Assembly (NCBI GenBank): GCA_018897475.1
Contig: JAHIKS010000142.1
Coordinates: 1 to 33,020, forward strand
Direction: 5' to 3'
Length of the DNA stretch: 33,020 bases
Source of the DNA: Candidatus Altiarchaeota archaeon
Lineage (GTDB): Archaea > Altiarchaeota > Altiarchaeia > IMC4 > QMZM01
The notes below the pieces were generated by a model. That model saw only the letters and a list, made by a program, of their open reading frames with translations, had not been told where the DNA came from and made no database searches. This document shows, one piece after another, positions 23,048 through 32,860 of this stretch. Position 1 is the first letter of the stretch. The number at the start of each line of letters is the position of its first letter. The position numbers and the translations under genes are program-made.

Positions 23048-23860
23048 ATGGAGCTAAAGGTAGTAATTTCGGATCCCGAGACGGGGAAGGCCTATCAGCA
23101 GGAGCTGAAGGATGATAGGGCCATCAGGTTCAAGGGCAAGAAGCTGGGCGATGAGATTAGCGGCTCGGTTCTCGGCCTGGAAGGCTACACCCTTAAAATA
23201 ACTGGAGGCAGCGATAGATGCGGCTTTCCCATAAAGCCGGGAGTCCATGGAACCGCAAGGCCGAAGATTCTCATGACCGGAGGGATAGGATACCATCCCA
23301 AGAGAAAGGTTCGCAGCAAGAAGAGAGTAAGGGGGGAGAGTATAGATGATGACATAACTCAGGTTAATACGACGGTAGTCAAGAAGGGTAGGAAGGGGCT
23401 AGAGGAGCTCATTGGCGCTGGAGAGGGGAAGGATGGCGAGAAGCCGCCTGAGACAGAGCCAAAGACTGAAGAAAAGCCAGCTCCGGAACCCGAGACCAAG
23501 CCAGCCGAGGAAAAGCCAGTAGAAGAACCAAAGCCCGAAGAGCCGAAGCAGGAAGAGAAACCAGCCGAGGAAGCAAAAGAAGAAGAGAAACCAGAGGAAA
23601 AGCCGGCTGAAGAACCAAAAGTAGAAGAACCCAAGCCCGAGGAGAAATCGGTTGAGGAACCTAAGCTCGAGGAGAAACCAGCTGAGGGAGCAAAGCCTGA
23701 AGAGCCAAAGCAGCAGGAGAAGAAAGAGGAGCCAAAGCCCGAAGAGAAACCAGATGAGGAAGTGAAACCAGAGGAGCCAAAACCTGAAGAGAAGCCAGCC
23801 GAGGTAGAGGAAAAACCAGCCGAAGAAGCCGAGAAACCAGCAGAAGAAAACAAGGCATAG
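23048..23860 (+). CDS. rps6e: 30S ribosomal protein S6e with a C-terminal Pro/Glu/Lys-repeat extension of about 145 aa
   Basis: The N-terminal ~125 aa (MELKVVISDPETGKAYQQEL...GFPIKPGVHG...) is S6e. From about 23426 onward the sequence is (E/K)-P-x-E-E-K-P repeats. Confidence 0.88.
   Translation: MELKVVISDPETGKAYQQELKDDRAIRFKGKKLGDEISGSVLGLEGYTLKITGGSDRCGFPIKPGVHGTARPKILMTGGIGYHPKRKVRSKKRVRGESIDDDITQVNTTVVKKGRKGLEELIGAGEGKDGEKPPETEPKTEEKPAPEPETKPAEEKPVEEPKPEEPKQEEKPAEEAKEEEKPEEKPAEEPKVEEPKPEEKSVEEPKLEEKPAEGAKPEEPKQQEKKEEPKPEEKPDEEVKPEEPKPEEKPAEVEEKPAEEAEKPAEENKA
23623..23751 (+). repeat. 129-nt repeat copy A (within the rps6e tail), about 96% identical to 29256..29384
   Basis: A hand alignment gives 5 mismatches in 129 nt with no gaps. 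A second short match follows (23787-23812 vs 29458-29482). Confidence 0.85.
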
Positions 23861-23901
23861 AACTGCTTTTATGAATCCAATCTTATTCTATTATCTAAAT
23901 G

Positions 23902-23947
23902 AAAATTCGCAGGGCGAATTTTGATTTATTGAAAATTCATTTTCAAT
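23902..23947 (+). promoter_or_regulatory. two adjacent AT-rich hairpins: 23902-23922 (9-bp stem, 3-nt loop) and 23928-23947 (9-bp stem, 2-nt loop, abutting the aIF2-gamma ATG)
   Basis: Read from the sequence as AAAATTCGC-AGG-GCGAATTTT and ATTGAAAAT-TC-ATTTTCAAT. Both share the word TGAAAATTC. Confidence 0.35.
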
Positions 23948-25174
23948 ATGACTCAGTCAGAAATCAACATCGGTCTTATAGGTCACGTAGACCACGGCAA
24001 AACAACATTAACAAAGTCCCTCTCAGGCATATGGACCGACAAGCACTCGGAGGAGATTAAGAGAGGAATCTCCATCAGACTGGGATATGCGGACTGTTCC
24101 TTCTACAAATGCCCCTCATGCAAGGGGTCGGAGAGCTACTGCACCTCCGAGAAATGCCCCAAGTGCGATGCAAAGGCCGAATTTCTCAGAAGAGTTTCTT
24201 TTGTTGACTCGCCGGGCCACGAAACCCTGATGGCCACAATGCTGTCCGGAGCAGCAATAATGGACGGCGCCCTTCTTGTCATAGCAGCAAACGAGTCGTG
24301 CCCGCAGCCGCAGACGGCAGAGCATCTCATGGCGCTTGAGATTCTGGGAGTAAAGAATATCGTAATTGCACAGAACAAAATCGACCTGGTTTCAAATGAG
24401 GAGGCGAAGGAGAATCATAATCAGATCAAGGAATTCATCAAGGGCACAGTAGCTGAGAATTCACTCATCATCCCGATTGCTGCCCATTACAATGCGAACA
24501 TCGATGCCCTGATTCAGGCAATAGAGGAGAAGATTCCAACGCCGGAGAGAGACTCCAAGAAGGACTTCAGGATGATGATTGCCCGTTCATTCGACATCAA
24601 CAAGCCAGGAGCCAAGCCCAAGGAAATAAAGGGGGGAATCATAGGCGGCTCGCTAGTCCATGGTAAACTGAAGCTGGGCGATGAGATTGAGCTTTCTCCT
24701 GGAGTGAAAAAGAAGAACGTCTACAGGTCGATTAAGACGGAGATAGTTAGCCTGAGTGCCGGAGATTCACAGCTGAAGGATGCAAATCCCGGCGGCTTAA
24801 TAGCCATAGGAACGAAACTCGACCCCTCTCTTACGAAATCAGACAATCTCTCAGGAAACGTAATCGGCAAGCCCGGAACCCTGCCCGAGGCAAGGAGCAA
24901 ACTCACTCTAAAGGTCAATCTCATGAAAAGGCTGATAGGCAGCAAGGATGAGATAAATATAGTGCCTCTGCAGAAGAACGAGGCATTGATGCTATCCGCC
25001 GGGAGTGCGGTGACGGTGGGCATAGTCACGGACCCGAAGAAGGGCAGGATGGAACTCAAACTTCCAGTATGTGCGCAGGAGAACGACCTTGTGGCCATAA
25101 GCAGGAGGTTCGGTGCAAGGTGGCGTCTCATCGGCTATGGGACAATCAAGGGAGATGAAAACACTAATTCTTGA
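23948..25174 (+). CDS. eif2g: translation initiation factor aIF2 gamma subunit
   Basis: GTPase motifs [15 protein letters not shown] and QNKID, plus the zinc knuckle CPSC...CPKC. Confidence 0.92.
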   Translation: MTQSEINIGLIGHVDHGKTTLTKSLSGIWTDKHSEEIKRGISIRLGYADCSFYKCPSCKGSESYCTSEKCPKCDAKAEFLRRVSFVDSPGHETLMATMLSGAAIMDGALLVIAANESCPQPQTAEHLMALEILGVKNIVIAQNKIDLVSNEEAKENHNQIKEFIKGTVAENSLIIPIAAHYNANIDALIQAIEEKIPTPERDSKKDFRMMIARSFDINKPGAKPKEIKGGIIGGSLVHGKLKLGDEIELSPGVKKKNVYRSIKTEIVSLSAGDSQLKDANPGGLIAIGTKLDPSLTKSDNLSGNVIGKPGTLPEARSKLTLKVNLMKRLIGSKDEINIVPLQKNEALMLSAGSAVTVGIVTDPKKGRMELKLPVCAQENDLVAISRRFGARWRLIGYGTIKGDENTNS

Positions 25175-25544
25175 CACGAATTTTTTGATGATTCCCCACC
25201 AGCACAGGGTCGATATATTCCGAGAGATTGAGAGAATTATCGTCGCCAGATACGAGTTACTTGTTCCTACCGGAGTCATAGAGGAATTGCAGGGAATTCA
25301 GGGGGGGGGCAGCGCCGACGGAATAGCGGCAAAGGTTGCGCTGCAGCTTATTGATGACAGAGACAGGCACATCAGGACGATACACAGCCACGGCGACGTG
25401 GATGATTTCATCCTTGAATTTGCAGTAGACAATATGGGCTCAGTTGTATGTACCAATGACAAGGAGCTCAAGAGAAGACTGAGGAAATATAGAATCCCTG
25501 TGGTGCATCTGAGGGGCAAAAACAGGCTGGAACTCATTAACTAG
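25155..25544 (+). CDS. PIN-domain protein (Fcf1/Utp24-like, the conserved neighbour of aIF2-gamma)
   Basis: [14 protein letters not shown]...[12 protein letters not shown]. The start is trimmed to the ATG at 25155 (20-nt overlap with the aIF2-gamma end). Contains a G9 run at 25301-25309. Confidence 0.75.
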   Translation: MKTLILDTNFLMIPHQHRVDIFREIERIIVARYELLVPTGVIEELQGIQGGGSADGIAAKVALQLIDDRDRHIRTIHSHGDVDDFILEFAVDNMGSVVCTNDKELKRRLRKYRIPVVHLRGKNRLELIN

Positions 25545-25586
25545 GCAATTTAAATTGATTGAAGGCTTATAATTAATCTCACTTCT

Positions 25587-27587
25587 ATGCATGATAAAAT
25601 GGATCTTACGATTTTACCTTTGATTTCAGGAATATGCGCGTTGATATTTGTTGCGTTCCTCGCGAAGAGGGTTATGAAGCAGAGCCCCGGTTCTGAGAAG
25701 ATGATAGAGATCTCAGATGCAATCCATGAGGGGTCAATGGCCTTCATGAAGAGGGAATACTCTGCAATACTGGTATTCGCCATAATAATGGCGGCGGTTC
25801 TGGCAACCTTCATAGGCACCTCGACAGCAATAGCCTACGTTGCGGGAGCCATATGCTCCTCGGCTGCTGGCTTTATAGGAATGAATATCGCAACCAAGGC
25901 TAATGTAAGGACTGCAGAGGCTGCAAAGAAGAGCGTCAACAGTGCATTGAGAGTCGCATTCTCCGGTGGGGGGGTAATGGGCCTCTCCGTTGTCGGCCTT
26001 GGCCTGCTTGGAATATACTTCCTCTATGCATTGATGAAGGATCCCAATATACTCGTCGGCTTCGGTCTTGGCGCAAGCTCGATAGCACTCTTTGCGAGGG
26101 TTGGGGGGGGCATATTCACAAAAGGCGCTGATGTCGGTGCTGATTTAGTCGGAAAGGTGGAGGTAGGAATTCCCGAGGATGACCCCCGGAACCCGGCGGT
26201 CATTGCGGACAACGTCGGAGACAACGTCGGGGATGTTGCCGGAATGGGCGCAGACCTGTTTGAGAGCTATGTGAATTCGGTAATCGCAGCCATGATTATC
26301 GGATTGGCGGTTTATGGAGCAAATGGAGTCATACTCCCCATGGCCCTGGCAGGAGCCGGAATTCTCGCATCCATAGCCGGAACATTTTTCGTATCGACAA
26401 AGGAGGATGCAACTGCATCACAGCTCCTTTCAGCTTTGAGAAAGGGCGTTTTCTCGGCAGGAATTCTCATCATCATTGCAACCTACTTCCTGGTGCAACA
26501 AACAGTTGGCAACATGAACGTCTTCTATTCCGCTGTAACGGGCCTTGTTGTCGGGGTCCTTATAGGACTCATAACCGAATACTACACATCAAGCCATTAC
26601 AGCCCAACCAAGAACGTTGCTGCTTCTTCACAAACGGGAGCAGGTACAAACATTATAAGCGGCCTCTCCATTGGAATGAAAAGCACGGCGATACCTATAA
26701 TCCTTATTGCCATAGCAATCGTTGTAACATTCAAACTCTCCGGCGTCTATGGAATTGCCATAGCAGCGGTCGGAATGCTCTCAACACTTGGTATAACTAT
26801 GTCCACAGATGCATACGGCCCCATAGCCGATAATGCGGGGGGCATAACGGAAATGGCGGGTCTCGGAAAGGAGGTAAGGAAGAGGACCGACGCTCTTGAT
26901 GCACTGGGCAATACAACGGCAGCAACAGGAAAGGGATTCGCCATAGCATCAGCTGCTCTAACGGCATTGGCTTTGATGGCGGCATACACTGCGGCAACAA
27001 ACGTCGATGTGATAAACATAACGAAGCCGGGAGTAATAGCGGGAGTCTTTATTGGCGGAATGTTACCCTTCGTCTTTTCTTCATTCACAATGGATGCTGT
27101 TGGCAGAGCCGCCTTTGAAGTAGTCAATGAGGTCAGGAGACAGTTCAAGGAGATAAAGGGCCTGATGGACGGGAAGGCCAAGGCAGATTATGCCAGATGC
27201 GTTGACATAAGCACAAAGACGGCAATCAGGGAGATGACAGTTCCAGGGACCATTGCAGTAGTAACTCCCATAACAGTTGGACTGCTTTTAGGTGCTGAAG
27301 CACTGGGCGGGCTTCTTGCAGGGGCAATAGTTACAGGATTTCTGCTTGCTGTAATGATGGCGAATTCCGGAGCCGCATGGGACAACGCAAAGAAGTACAT
27401 AGAGGAAGGAAACCTCGGAGGAAAGGGTTCCGATGCTCATAAGGCAGCGGTCATTGGAGACACGGTTGGAGACCCATTTAAAGACACATCCGGTCCCTCA
27501 TTAAACATCCTTATAAAGCTGATGTCCGTGGTCTCATTGGTATTTGCGCCGTTATTCGTAACTTATGGGGGTATGCTGGCTTTATAA
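25587..27587 (+). CDS. hppA: membrane-bound proton-translocating pyrophosphatase, K+-dependent type
   Basis: 666 aa, polytopic, with [29 protein letters not shown] and [15 protein letters not shown]. The [13 protein letters not shown] motif has Ala rather than Lys at the established K+-dependence determinant. Confidence 0.92.
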   Translation: MHDKMDLTILPLISGICALIFVAFLAKRVMKQSPGSEKMIEISDAIHEGSMAFMKREYSAILVFAIIMAAVLATFIGTSTAIAYVAGAICSSAAGFIGMNIATKANVRTAEAAKKSVNSALRVAFSGGGVMGLSVVGLGLLGIYFLYALMKDPNILVGFGLGASSIALFARVGGGIFTKGADVGADLVGKVEVGIPEDDPRNPAVIADNVGDNVGDVAGMGADLFESYVNSVIAAMIIGLAVYGANGVILPMALAGAGILASIAGTFFVSTKEDATASQLLSALRKGVFSAGILIIIATYFLVQQTVGNMNVFYSAVTGLVVGVLIGLITEYYTSSHYSPTKNVAASSQTGAGTNIISGLSIGMKSTAIPIILIAIAIVVTFKLSGVYGIAIAAVGMLSTLGITMSTDAYGPIADNAGGITEMAGLGKEVRKRTDALDALGNTTAATGKGFAIASAALTALALMAAYTAATNVDVINITKPGVIAGVFIGGMLPFVFSSFTMDAVGRAAFEVVNEVRRQFKEIKGLMDGKAKADYARCVDISTKTAIREMTVPGTIAVVTPITVGLLLGAEALGGLLAGAIVTGFLLAVMMANSGAAWDNAKKYIEEGNLGGKGSDAHKAAVIGDTVGDPFKDTSGPSLNILIKLMSVVSLVFAPLFVTYGGMLAL

Positions 27588-27613
27588 GAATCTAATCTAT
27601 ATCAAAAAAGAAA

Positions 27614-28219
27614 ATGTATAAACTACTCATTGTAGAGGACACGGTAAGACTCCCGCCTAAGAGATTTAACGAAGATTTGGAGGAAACACTCATGACGGAA
27701 TTCGAGAACACCATGGTGGGCAGAATAGACCGGGAGGTTGGCCTCATTCTTGCGGCAACCCGGGTTATTGAGATAGGGGATGGCAAGATAATACTTGGTG
27801 ATGGGGCCATCTACTACAACACAGTTCTTGAAATTATTGTGTACGAACCCGTATTAAACGAGGTCGTTGAAGGAACCGTAACTGAGATTACAGAATTCGG
27901 AGCCTTCGTGAATTTTGGTCCCATGGACGGCCTTGTCCATGTTTCTCAGGTGACTGAGGACTTCATGGGCTACGACCAGAAGAATTCAAACCTTGTGGGC
28001 AAAGAGTCGAAGAAGGTCCTCAAGCTGAGTGATTATGTAAGGGCCAGGATAGTTTCGGTAAGCCTGAAGCCAAGGTTCTCGGACTCCAAGATAGGCCTTA
28101 CGATGAGACAGCCATACCTCGGGAAGAAGGAGTGGCTCGAGGATGAGAAGAAGGCACAGAAGGAAAAGGAGAAAAAGAAGACAAAGCCAAAGAAAGAGAA
28201 AAAGGAGAAGAAGAAATAA
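27614..28219 (+). CDS. rpoE: DNA-directed RNA polymerase subunit E' (Rpo7) with a Lys-rich C-terminal tail
   Basis: Rpb7-like N-domain plus S1 domain (VVEGTVTEITEFGAFVNFGPMDGLVHVSQV). The tail is KKAQKEKEKKKTKPKKEKKEKKK. Confidence 0.88.
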   Translation: MYKLLIVEDTVRLPPKRFNEDLEETLMTEFENTMVGRIDREVGLILAATRVIEIGDGKIILGDGAIYYNTVLEIIVYEPVLNEVVEGTVTEITEFGAFVNFGPMDGLVHVSQVTEDFMGYDQKNSNLVGKESKKVLKLSDYVRARIVSVSLKPRFSDSKIGLTMRQPYLGKKEWLEDEKKAQKEKEKKKTKPKKEKKEKKK

Positions 28220-28220
28220 A

Positions 28221-28400
28221 ATGATTCGATCATGCAAGCAGTGTCACAGACTGAGCGAGGGGGAAGCCTGCCCCGTTTGCAAGGGCTCAACATCACAATA
28301 CTGGAGCGGTTACATGGCGATAGTCGACCCCGAGAAGTCAGAGATAGCAAAGATAATGGAAATAAAGACGCCGGGGGAGTATGCCCTTAAAGTACGGTAA
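28221..28400 (+). CDS. spt4: transcription elongation factor Spt4 (RpoE'')
   Basis: MIRSCKQCHRLSEGEACPVCKGSTSQYWSGYMAIVDPEKSEIAKIM is the zinc ribbon / NGN-binding pattern. The start is trimmed to the ATG at 28221, 1 nt after the rpoE' stop. Confidence 0.85.
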   Translation: MIRSCKQCHRLSEGEACPVCKGSTSQYWSGYMAIVDPEKSEIAKIMEIKTPGEYALKVR

Positions 28401-28405
28401 GCCAA

Positions 28406-28912
28406 ATGAGGAGCAAAACCCTAAAGCTTCCCAACTCATTGAGAGAAAAGCTAAAGGAACCCTTCGGAGAACTATTGGTCGGCCTGGAGGGAGTAAGGCA
28501 TAACAAGAACATAATATGCGTCGGCGACGAAACATCAAAAATAGCGCTGGAATTCGGACTCAAACCTAAGGTTTTGGTCTATGACGGAAAGATAAAGAGG
28601 GAATCCGTTTCGATTCCAGCCATAATAAGAGACTTCAAAGCGACCGAGGTAAGGATTACGAATCCGGCAGGTTACATAACCTCCGAATCCTTTGAGGCAA
28701 TATATACCGGAGTGACGGGCTTCGGAAGGGTCAAGATACGGGTCGATGGGGAGGAGGACCTGCTGACCATTGCTGCAATAGACCTCGCACCCGCGGGCTC
28801 TGTAGTGCTCTATGGCCAGCCACACGAGGGCCTGGTCGTTGTAAAGGTCAACGAAGAAAGTAAAAAGAGAGCAAAAAAGGTACTTGAACAGATGGATATA
28901 GAAAAAAAATGA
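28406..28912 (+). CDS. DUF359/COG1909 protein (archaeal GTP-dependent dephospho-CoA kinase family)
   Basis: 168 aa with ..IICVGDETS...VLVYDGKIKRE.., in its conserved archaeal position between spt4 and rps24e. Confidence 0.7.
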   Translation: MRSKTLKLPNSLREKLKEPFGELLVGLEGVRHNKNIICVGDETSKIALEFGLKPKVLVYDGKIKRESVSIPAIIRDFKATEVRITNPAGYITSESFEAIYTGVTGFGRVKIRVDGEEDLLTIAAIDLAPAGSVVLYGQPHEGLVVVKVNEESKKRAKKVLEQMDIEKK

Positions 28913-29508
28913 ACATTGAAATTCTTGAAGAGAAGGAAAATCCCCTCCTTGGGAGGAAGGAGATTAGATTCAGGGTTGATTATAAAGGGAAGACTCCCGG
29001 TTTTGAGGAGGTAAGGAACGAACTGATAACGAAGGTAAGCGCCGACAAGAATCTTACGATAATAGACTCTGTCAATTCCGATTTTGGAAGTCAGAGTGCC
29101 TTTGCCTACGCAAAGATTTACAAGGATGAAAAGAGCATGAAGGTAGAGCCGGGATATAGGATAGGGAAGAACATCGAGGGCAAGAAGAAAAAGGAAACGA
29201 CGGCAGAGGAAAAGCCAGCCGAAGCAAAGCCAGCAGGGGGGGAGGAGAAGCCAGCAGAAGAACCCAAGCCCGAGGAGAAATCGGTTGAGGAACCTAAGCC
29301 CGGGGAGAAACCAGCCGAGGGAGCAAAGCCTGAAGAGCCGAAGCAACAGGAGAAGAAAGAGGAGCCAAAGCCCGAAGAGAAACCTGCAGAAGAACCCAAG
29401 CCCGAAGAACCCAAAGAGGAAGCAAAACCAGAACCCGGCCCGGAGAAGAAGCAGGAAGAGAAACCAGCCGAGGTAGAGGAAACCAAGGAGGAGAAGAAGG
29501 ATGGCTAA
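28909..29508 (+). CDS. rps24e: 30S ribosomal protein S24e with a C-terminal Pro/Glu/Lys-repeat extension of about 110 aa
   Basis: The N-terminal ~88 aa ([25 protein letters not shown]...) is S24e. From about 29170 onward the sequence is EEKPAE-type repeats. The end overlaps the rps27ae start. Confidence 0.88.
   Translation: MNIEILEEKENPLLGRKEIRFRVDYKGKTPGFEEVRNELITKVSADKNLTIIDSVNSDFGSQSAFAYAKIYKDEKSMKVEPGYRIGKNIEGKKKKETTAEEKPAEAKPAGGEEKPAEEPKPEEKSVEEPKPGEKPAEGAKPEEPKQQEKKEEPKPEEKPAEEPKPEEPKEEAKPEPGPEKKQEEKPAEVEETKEEKKDG
29256..29384 (+). repeat. 129-nt repeat copy B (within the rps24e tail), about 96% identical to 23623..23751
   Basis: Hand alignment, as described for copy A. Confidence 0.85.
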
Positions 29509-29695
29509 GAGAAACGTAAAGGAAAAGAAAAAATCCCCCAGCAGCAAGAAGTGGGAGAAGTACGATGTTTCCGGGGAGAAGGTAGAGAGGAAGAACAAGA
29601 ACTGTCCCAAGTGCGGCGACGGTGTCTTCATGGCAAGGCATCATGACAGGGACACCTGCGGCAAATGCAGCTATACTGAATTCCGGAAAAAGTGA
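29501..29695 (+). CDS. rps27ae: 30S ribosomal protein S27ae
   Basis: 64 aa with the zinc ribbon [22 protein letters not shown]. Confidence 0.88.
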   Translation: MAKRNVKEKKKSPSSKKWEKYDVSGEKVERKNKNCPKCGDGVFMARHHDRDTCGKCSYTEFRKK

Positions 29696-30243
29696 AAATC
29701 GTCGGCATTGACCTTGCAGGAAACCCAACAAACGATACGGGTTTCTGCGTTCTAAGGGTCGCCGATGATGAGAAGTCTGTTTCTACCTCCATTCTAAAAT
29801 CGGACTCCGAGATTCTTGAAAGACTTAATGAGATTCAACCAGAGATAGTTGCAATAGATGCTCCACTCATCTTCGAGGGCAGAAACAGGCCCTGTGACGA
29901 TGAGCTGGGGGAATACGGTGCACTGCCCGTGACACTGAGGGGTATGGAGGTCCTCGCAAAGAGAGGATCGTCCCTTGCAATAGAAATCAAGAAATTTAAT
30001 CCAAATCTGATTGAAATATCTGCAAAAACGTCTGCAAAGATTCTCGGCTTTCATGACCCAGACAACAAAAAAATGCAGAAGAGACTCATAGAGGCCAAGA
30101 TATCCGGCGACATTGACAAGAGATTTCTGACAAAGGATGAGCTGGATGCCATATTTGCCGCAATTACCGGTTATCTGCATCTGAATGGTTCTACCGAGGA
30201 AGTTGGCGATGATAACGGGAAGATTGTAATCCCTAAAGTATAG
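29692..30243 (+). CDS. DUF429/COG2410-like predicted RNase H-fold protein
   Basis: GTG start. Contains KIVGIDLAG...GFCVL...IVAIDAPL...[12 protein letters not shown]. Confidence 0.55.
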   Translation: MKIVGIDLAGNPTNDTGFCVLRVADDEKSVSTSILKSDSEILERLNEIQPEIVAIDAPLIFEGRNRPCDDELGEYGALPVTLRGMEVLAKRGSSLAIEIKKFNPNLIEISAKTSAKILGFHDPDNKKMQKRLIEAKISGDIDKRFLTKDELDAIFAAITGYLHLNGSTEEVGDDNGKIVIPKV

Positions 30244-30274
30244 ATTTATGTTTAAATTCCAATTCTTTAATGTA

Positions 30275-31663
30275 ATGAAAGATTCCTACGACGTGATAAT
30301 AATCGGCTCCGGCCCTGCAGGAATGTTCGCGGCCAACGAACTTCTTAACAAAAAACTGAGGATTCTGGTTATTGACTCCGGCAAGCCCATAAGCAAGAGG
30401 AAGTGCCCCATGGAGGTGGATGGCAAATGCATCAACTGCGAGCCATGCAATATAATGTGCGGGGTAGGCGGTGCTGGAACGTTCTCTGACGGCACGCTGA
30501 ATCTCAGGCCCGATATCGGCGGCGACCTGTCCGAATTCACAAGGAATCTAAAGGAGGCATATTCTCTGGTCGAAGAAGTCGATAAAATCTTTCTGAGATT
30601 CGGAGCTCCAAAGAAATTATCCGGGGCCGATGGTAAAGGCGTAACCAAGTTGAAGAGAAAGGCCGCATCATCAGGAATAAAATTCGTTGACATTCGCCAG
30701 AGGCACATAGGCACTGACAAAGCTCCAAAGATAATAGGTAAATTCGAGAAGCATCTAAGGAAAGGCGGAGTTGAATTCCTGTTGCAGACCGAGGTCAAGG
30801 ACATTCTGATAAAGGACGGGAAATGTTCCGGAGTCAAACTGGAAACGGGCAGGAAAATCAAGGCAAGGTTTGTCCTTGCCTCACCTGGAAGAATCGGAGC
30901 CTCATGGTTCGACAAGCAGATAGAAAAGCACGGGATAAAGGCAAGGCATGGGCCAATAGATGTTGGAGTGAGGGTGGAGGTTTCATCAATAATAATGGAC
31001 CCCATCGTTGGGATAAACAGGGACCCAAAGTTTCATATACGGACCAAGAGATACGACGATTTCGTGAGGACGTTCTGCACCAATGACCATGGCTATGTGG
31101 TAAAGGAAAATTATGACGGCATGGTCGGAATCAATGGCCACTCTTTCATAGCCCAGGGCTCGGAGAACACAAACTTTGCATTTCTCGTGAGGGTAAGCCT
31201 GACAAAGCCGGTTGAAAACACAATAAAATATGGTGAATCCATCGCGAAATTGGCAACAACAATCGGTGGAGGCAAACCCATTCTGCAGATACTCGGCGAC
31301 CTCAGAAGGGGAAGGCGCTCCCACAAGGACAGAATCCTCCAGAACACAGTGCAGCCAACCCTAAAGGAAGTAACCCCTGGTGACATATCCATGGCACTGC
31401 CTCACAGGATTGTAATGGACATTATCGAAGGGCTTGAGAAGCTCAACGAGGTTATTCCCGGAGTCGCATCAGACTCCACCCTTCTGTATGCCCCTGAGAT
31501 AAAATTCTATGCAACCCGGGTTAAGATCAACAAAGGAATGGAAACCAGCATCAGGAACCTCTTTGCCGCTGGAGACGGAGCAGGCCTTTCAAGAGACATA
31601 GTGAATTCAGCAGCGACAGGAATTCTTGCAGGCAGGGGGATTCTAGCAAAAATTGAAAGTTAA
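30275..31663 (+). CDS. FAD-dependent oxidoreductase (COG2509-like uncharacterised dehydrogenase); an alternative start lies at 30248
   Basis: Rossmann motif YDVIIIGSGPAGMFAA and C-terminal FAAGDGAG. Confidence 0.7.
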   Translation: MKDSYDVIIIGSGPAGMFAANELLNKKLRILVIDSGKPISKRKCPMEVDGKCINCEPCNIMCGVGGAGTFSDGTLNLRPDIGGDLSEFTRNLKEAYSLVEEVDKIFLRFGAPKKLSGADGKGVTKLKRKAASSGIKFVDIRQRHIGTDKAPKIIGKFEKHLRKGGVEFLLQTEVKDILIKDGKCSGVKLETGRKIKARFVLASPGRIGASWFDKQIEKHGIKARHGPIDVGVRVEVSSIIMDPIVGINRDPKFHIRTKRYDDFVRTFCTNDHGYVVKENYDGMVGINGHSFIAQGSENTNFAFLVRVSLTKPVENTIKYGESIAKLATTIGGGKPILQILGDLRRGRRSHKDRILQNTVQPTLKEVTPGDISMALPHRIVMDIIEGLEKLNEVIPGVASDSTLLYAPEIKFYATRVKINKGMETSIRNLFAAGDGAGLSRDIVNSAATGILAGRGILAKIES

Positions 31664-32165
31664 GGTTCTCAGACTCGGCCACAGATACAGCAGGGACAGG
31701 AGGATAAGCACCCACGTCGGTCTTGTGGCCAGGGCATTCGGAGCTGATGAGCTTCTAATGGACGTCGAGGACAAGCAGCTCGGGGAGAGCATTACCGGAA
31801 TTGCACAGGAGTGGGGTGGTGAATTCCGAGTAAGCTTCATAAATAACTGGAAGAAGTTTCTCAGAGAATTTGACGGAGAGAAGATTCATCTTACGATGTA
31901 TGGTATCAACGTCGATGACTGTATCGGCAAGATAAAATCATCCAGAAAGGACAAGCTAATCATCATCGGCGGGCAGAAGGTACCCTCCGACCTTTATGAG
32001 TTGGTTGACCATAACATAGCAATTGGGAGCCAACCTCACTCAGAGGTTGCAGCACTTTCTATATTCCTTGACAGGCTCTTCGACGGCAAAGAGCTGGGCA
32101 GGAAATTCAATGGCAGGAAGGAAATAATACCTCAGGAGAGGGGCAAAAAAGTCATTGAAAAATAG
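31653..32165 (+). CDS. trm56: tRNA (cytidine56-2'-O)-methyltransferase aTrm56 (SPOUT)
   Basis: KVKVLRLGHRYSRDRRISTHVGLVARAFGA...IIIGGQKVP... with a TTG start at 31653. Confidence 0.8.
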   Translation: MKVKVLRLGHRYSRDRRISTHVGLVARAFGADELLMDVEDKQLGESITGIAQEWGGEFRVSFINNWKKFLREFDGEKIHLTMYGINVDDCIGKIKSSRKDKLIIIGGQKVPSDLYELVDHNIAIGSQPHSEVAALSIFLDRLFDGKELGRKFNGRKEIIPQERGKKVIEK

Positions 32166-32807
32166 CTACCATCCATCATCCCCTACCAGGGGAACGAACA
32201 TGCAGCCTCCAAGATTCTCTACAAGCATTTTATTACCCTTATTCCTCACCAGTTTCAGTTCCTGATACGTTCTACCTCCCACAGGGATAAGCATCTTCCC
32301 CCCTTCTTTCAGCTGTTCGAACAATGCGCTTGGAATCCTCGGGGCTCCCGCAGTCACGATAATCCTGTCGTAGGGGGACTCCTCCTCATAGCCTTTGCTA
32401 CCCTCACCATAGGTGACCTGAACGTTCTTATACCCTGCCCTACCCAGATTCCACTGCGCCAGGTCAACGAGCTCGGAAATTCTTTCGATACTATGAATCC
32501 TACCCTTTGTTACAATCTCCGCGATTATTGCGGCCTGATAGCCGGAGCCGGCACCAATCTCAAGAACCTTGCTGTCCTCCTCTAGGTCAAGATTTTCGGT
32601 CATCATAGCAACCATGTGCGGCGCCGAGATGGTCTGTCCGTGCCCTATAAAGAGAGGGACATCCCTGTAGGCCTGAACCTTCTGCCATTCCGGTATGAAC
32701 TCATGCCTCCTTACGTTCAGCATGGCCTTCTCAACAGCCTCGCTCTTTATATAGCCCTCGGACTTGAGTTTCTCTACCAGAGTTTCTCTATCCTCTACCC
32801 ATCCCAT
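32166..32807 (-). CDS. pcm: protein-L-isoaspartate O-methyltransferase
   Basis: Contains QTISAPHMVAMM, VLEIGAGSGYQAA and DRIIVTAGAP. Confidence 0.9.
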   Translation of the reverse strand: MGWVEDRETLVEKLKSEGYIKSEAVEKAMLNVRRHEFIPEWQKVQAYRDVPLFIGHGQTISAPHMVAMMTENLDLEEDSKVLEIGAGSGYQAAIIAEIVTKGRIHSIERISELVDLAQWNLGRAGYKNVQVTYGEGSKGYEEESPYDRIIVTAGAPRIPSALFEQLKEGGKMLIPVGGRTYQELKLVRNKGNKMLVENLGGCMFVPLVGDDGW

Positions 32808-32860
32808 TTTCTTAACTCCTTAATCCTATCTTCATGTGTTTGTTGTTAGCCAACAGTTAA

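Noticed and set aside
23359-23853. Long antisense ORFs rich in Ser/Gly/Phe across the repeat tails (also 15631..15939, 29118..29486, 28810..29631, 29294..29731 and the short plus-strand off-frame ORFs)
   Set aside because: These are reverse complements or off-frames of GAA/GAG/AAG/CCA-rich repeats, which naturally lack stop codons. The sense frames continue from bona fide S6e, S24e and membrane-protein domains.
25301-25309. G9 homopolymer in the PIN gene, and G7-G8 runs at 26103-26110, 29236-29242 and about 25965, as possible phase-variation tracts
   Set aside because: All encode in-frame Gly-Gly(-Gly) in conserved proteins (for example [10 protein letters not shown] of the PPase), consistent with GGG codon preference. 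They are worth remembering only as indel-prone sites for assembly QC.
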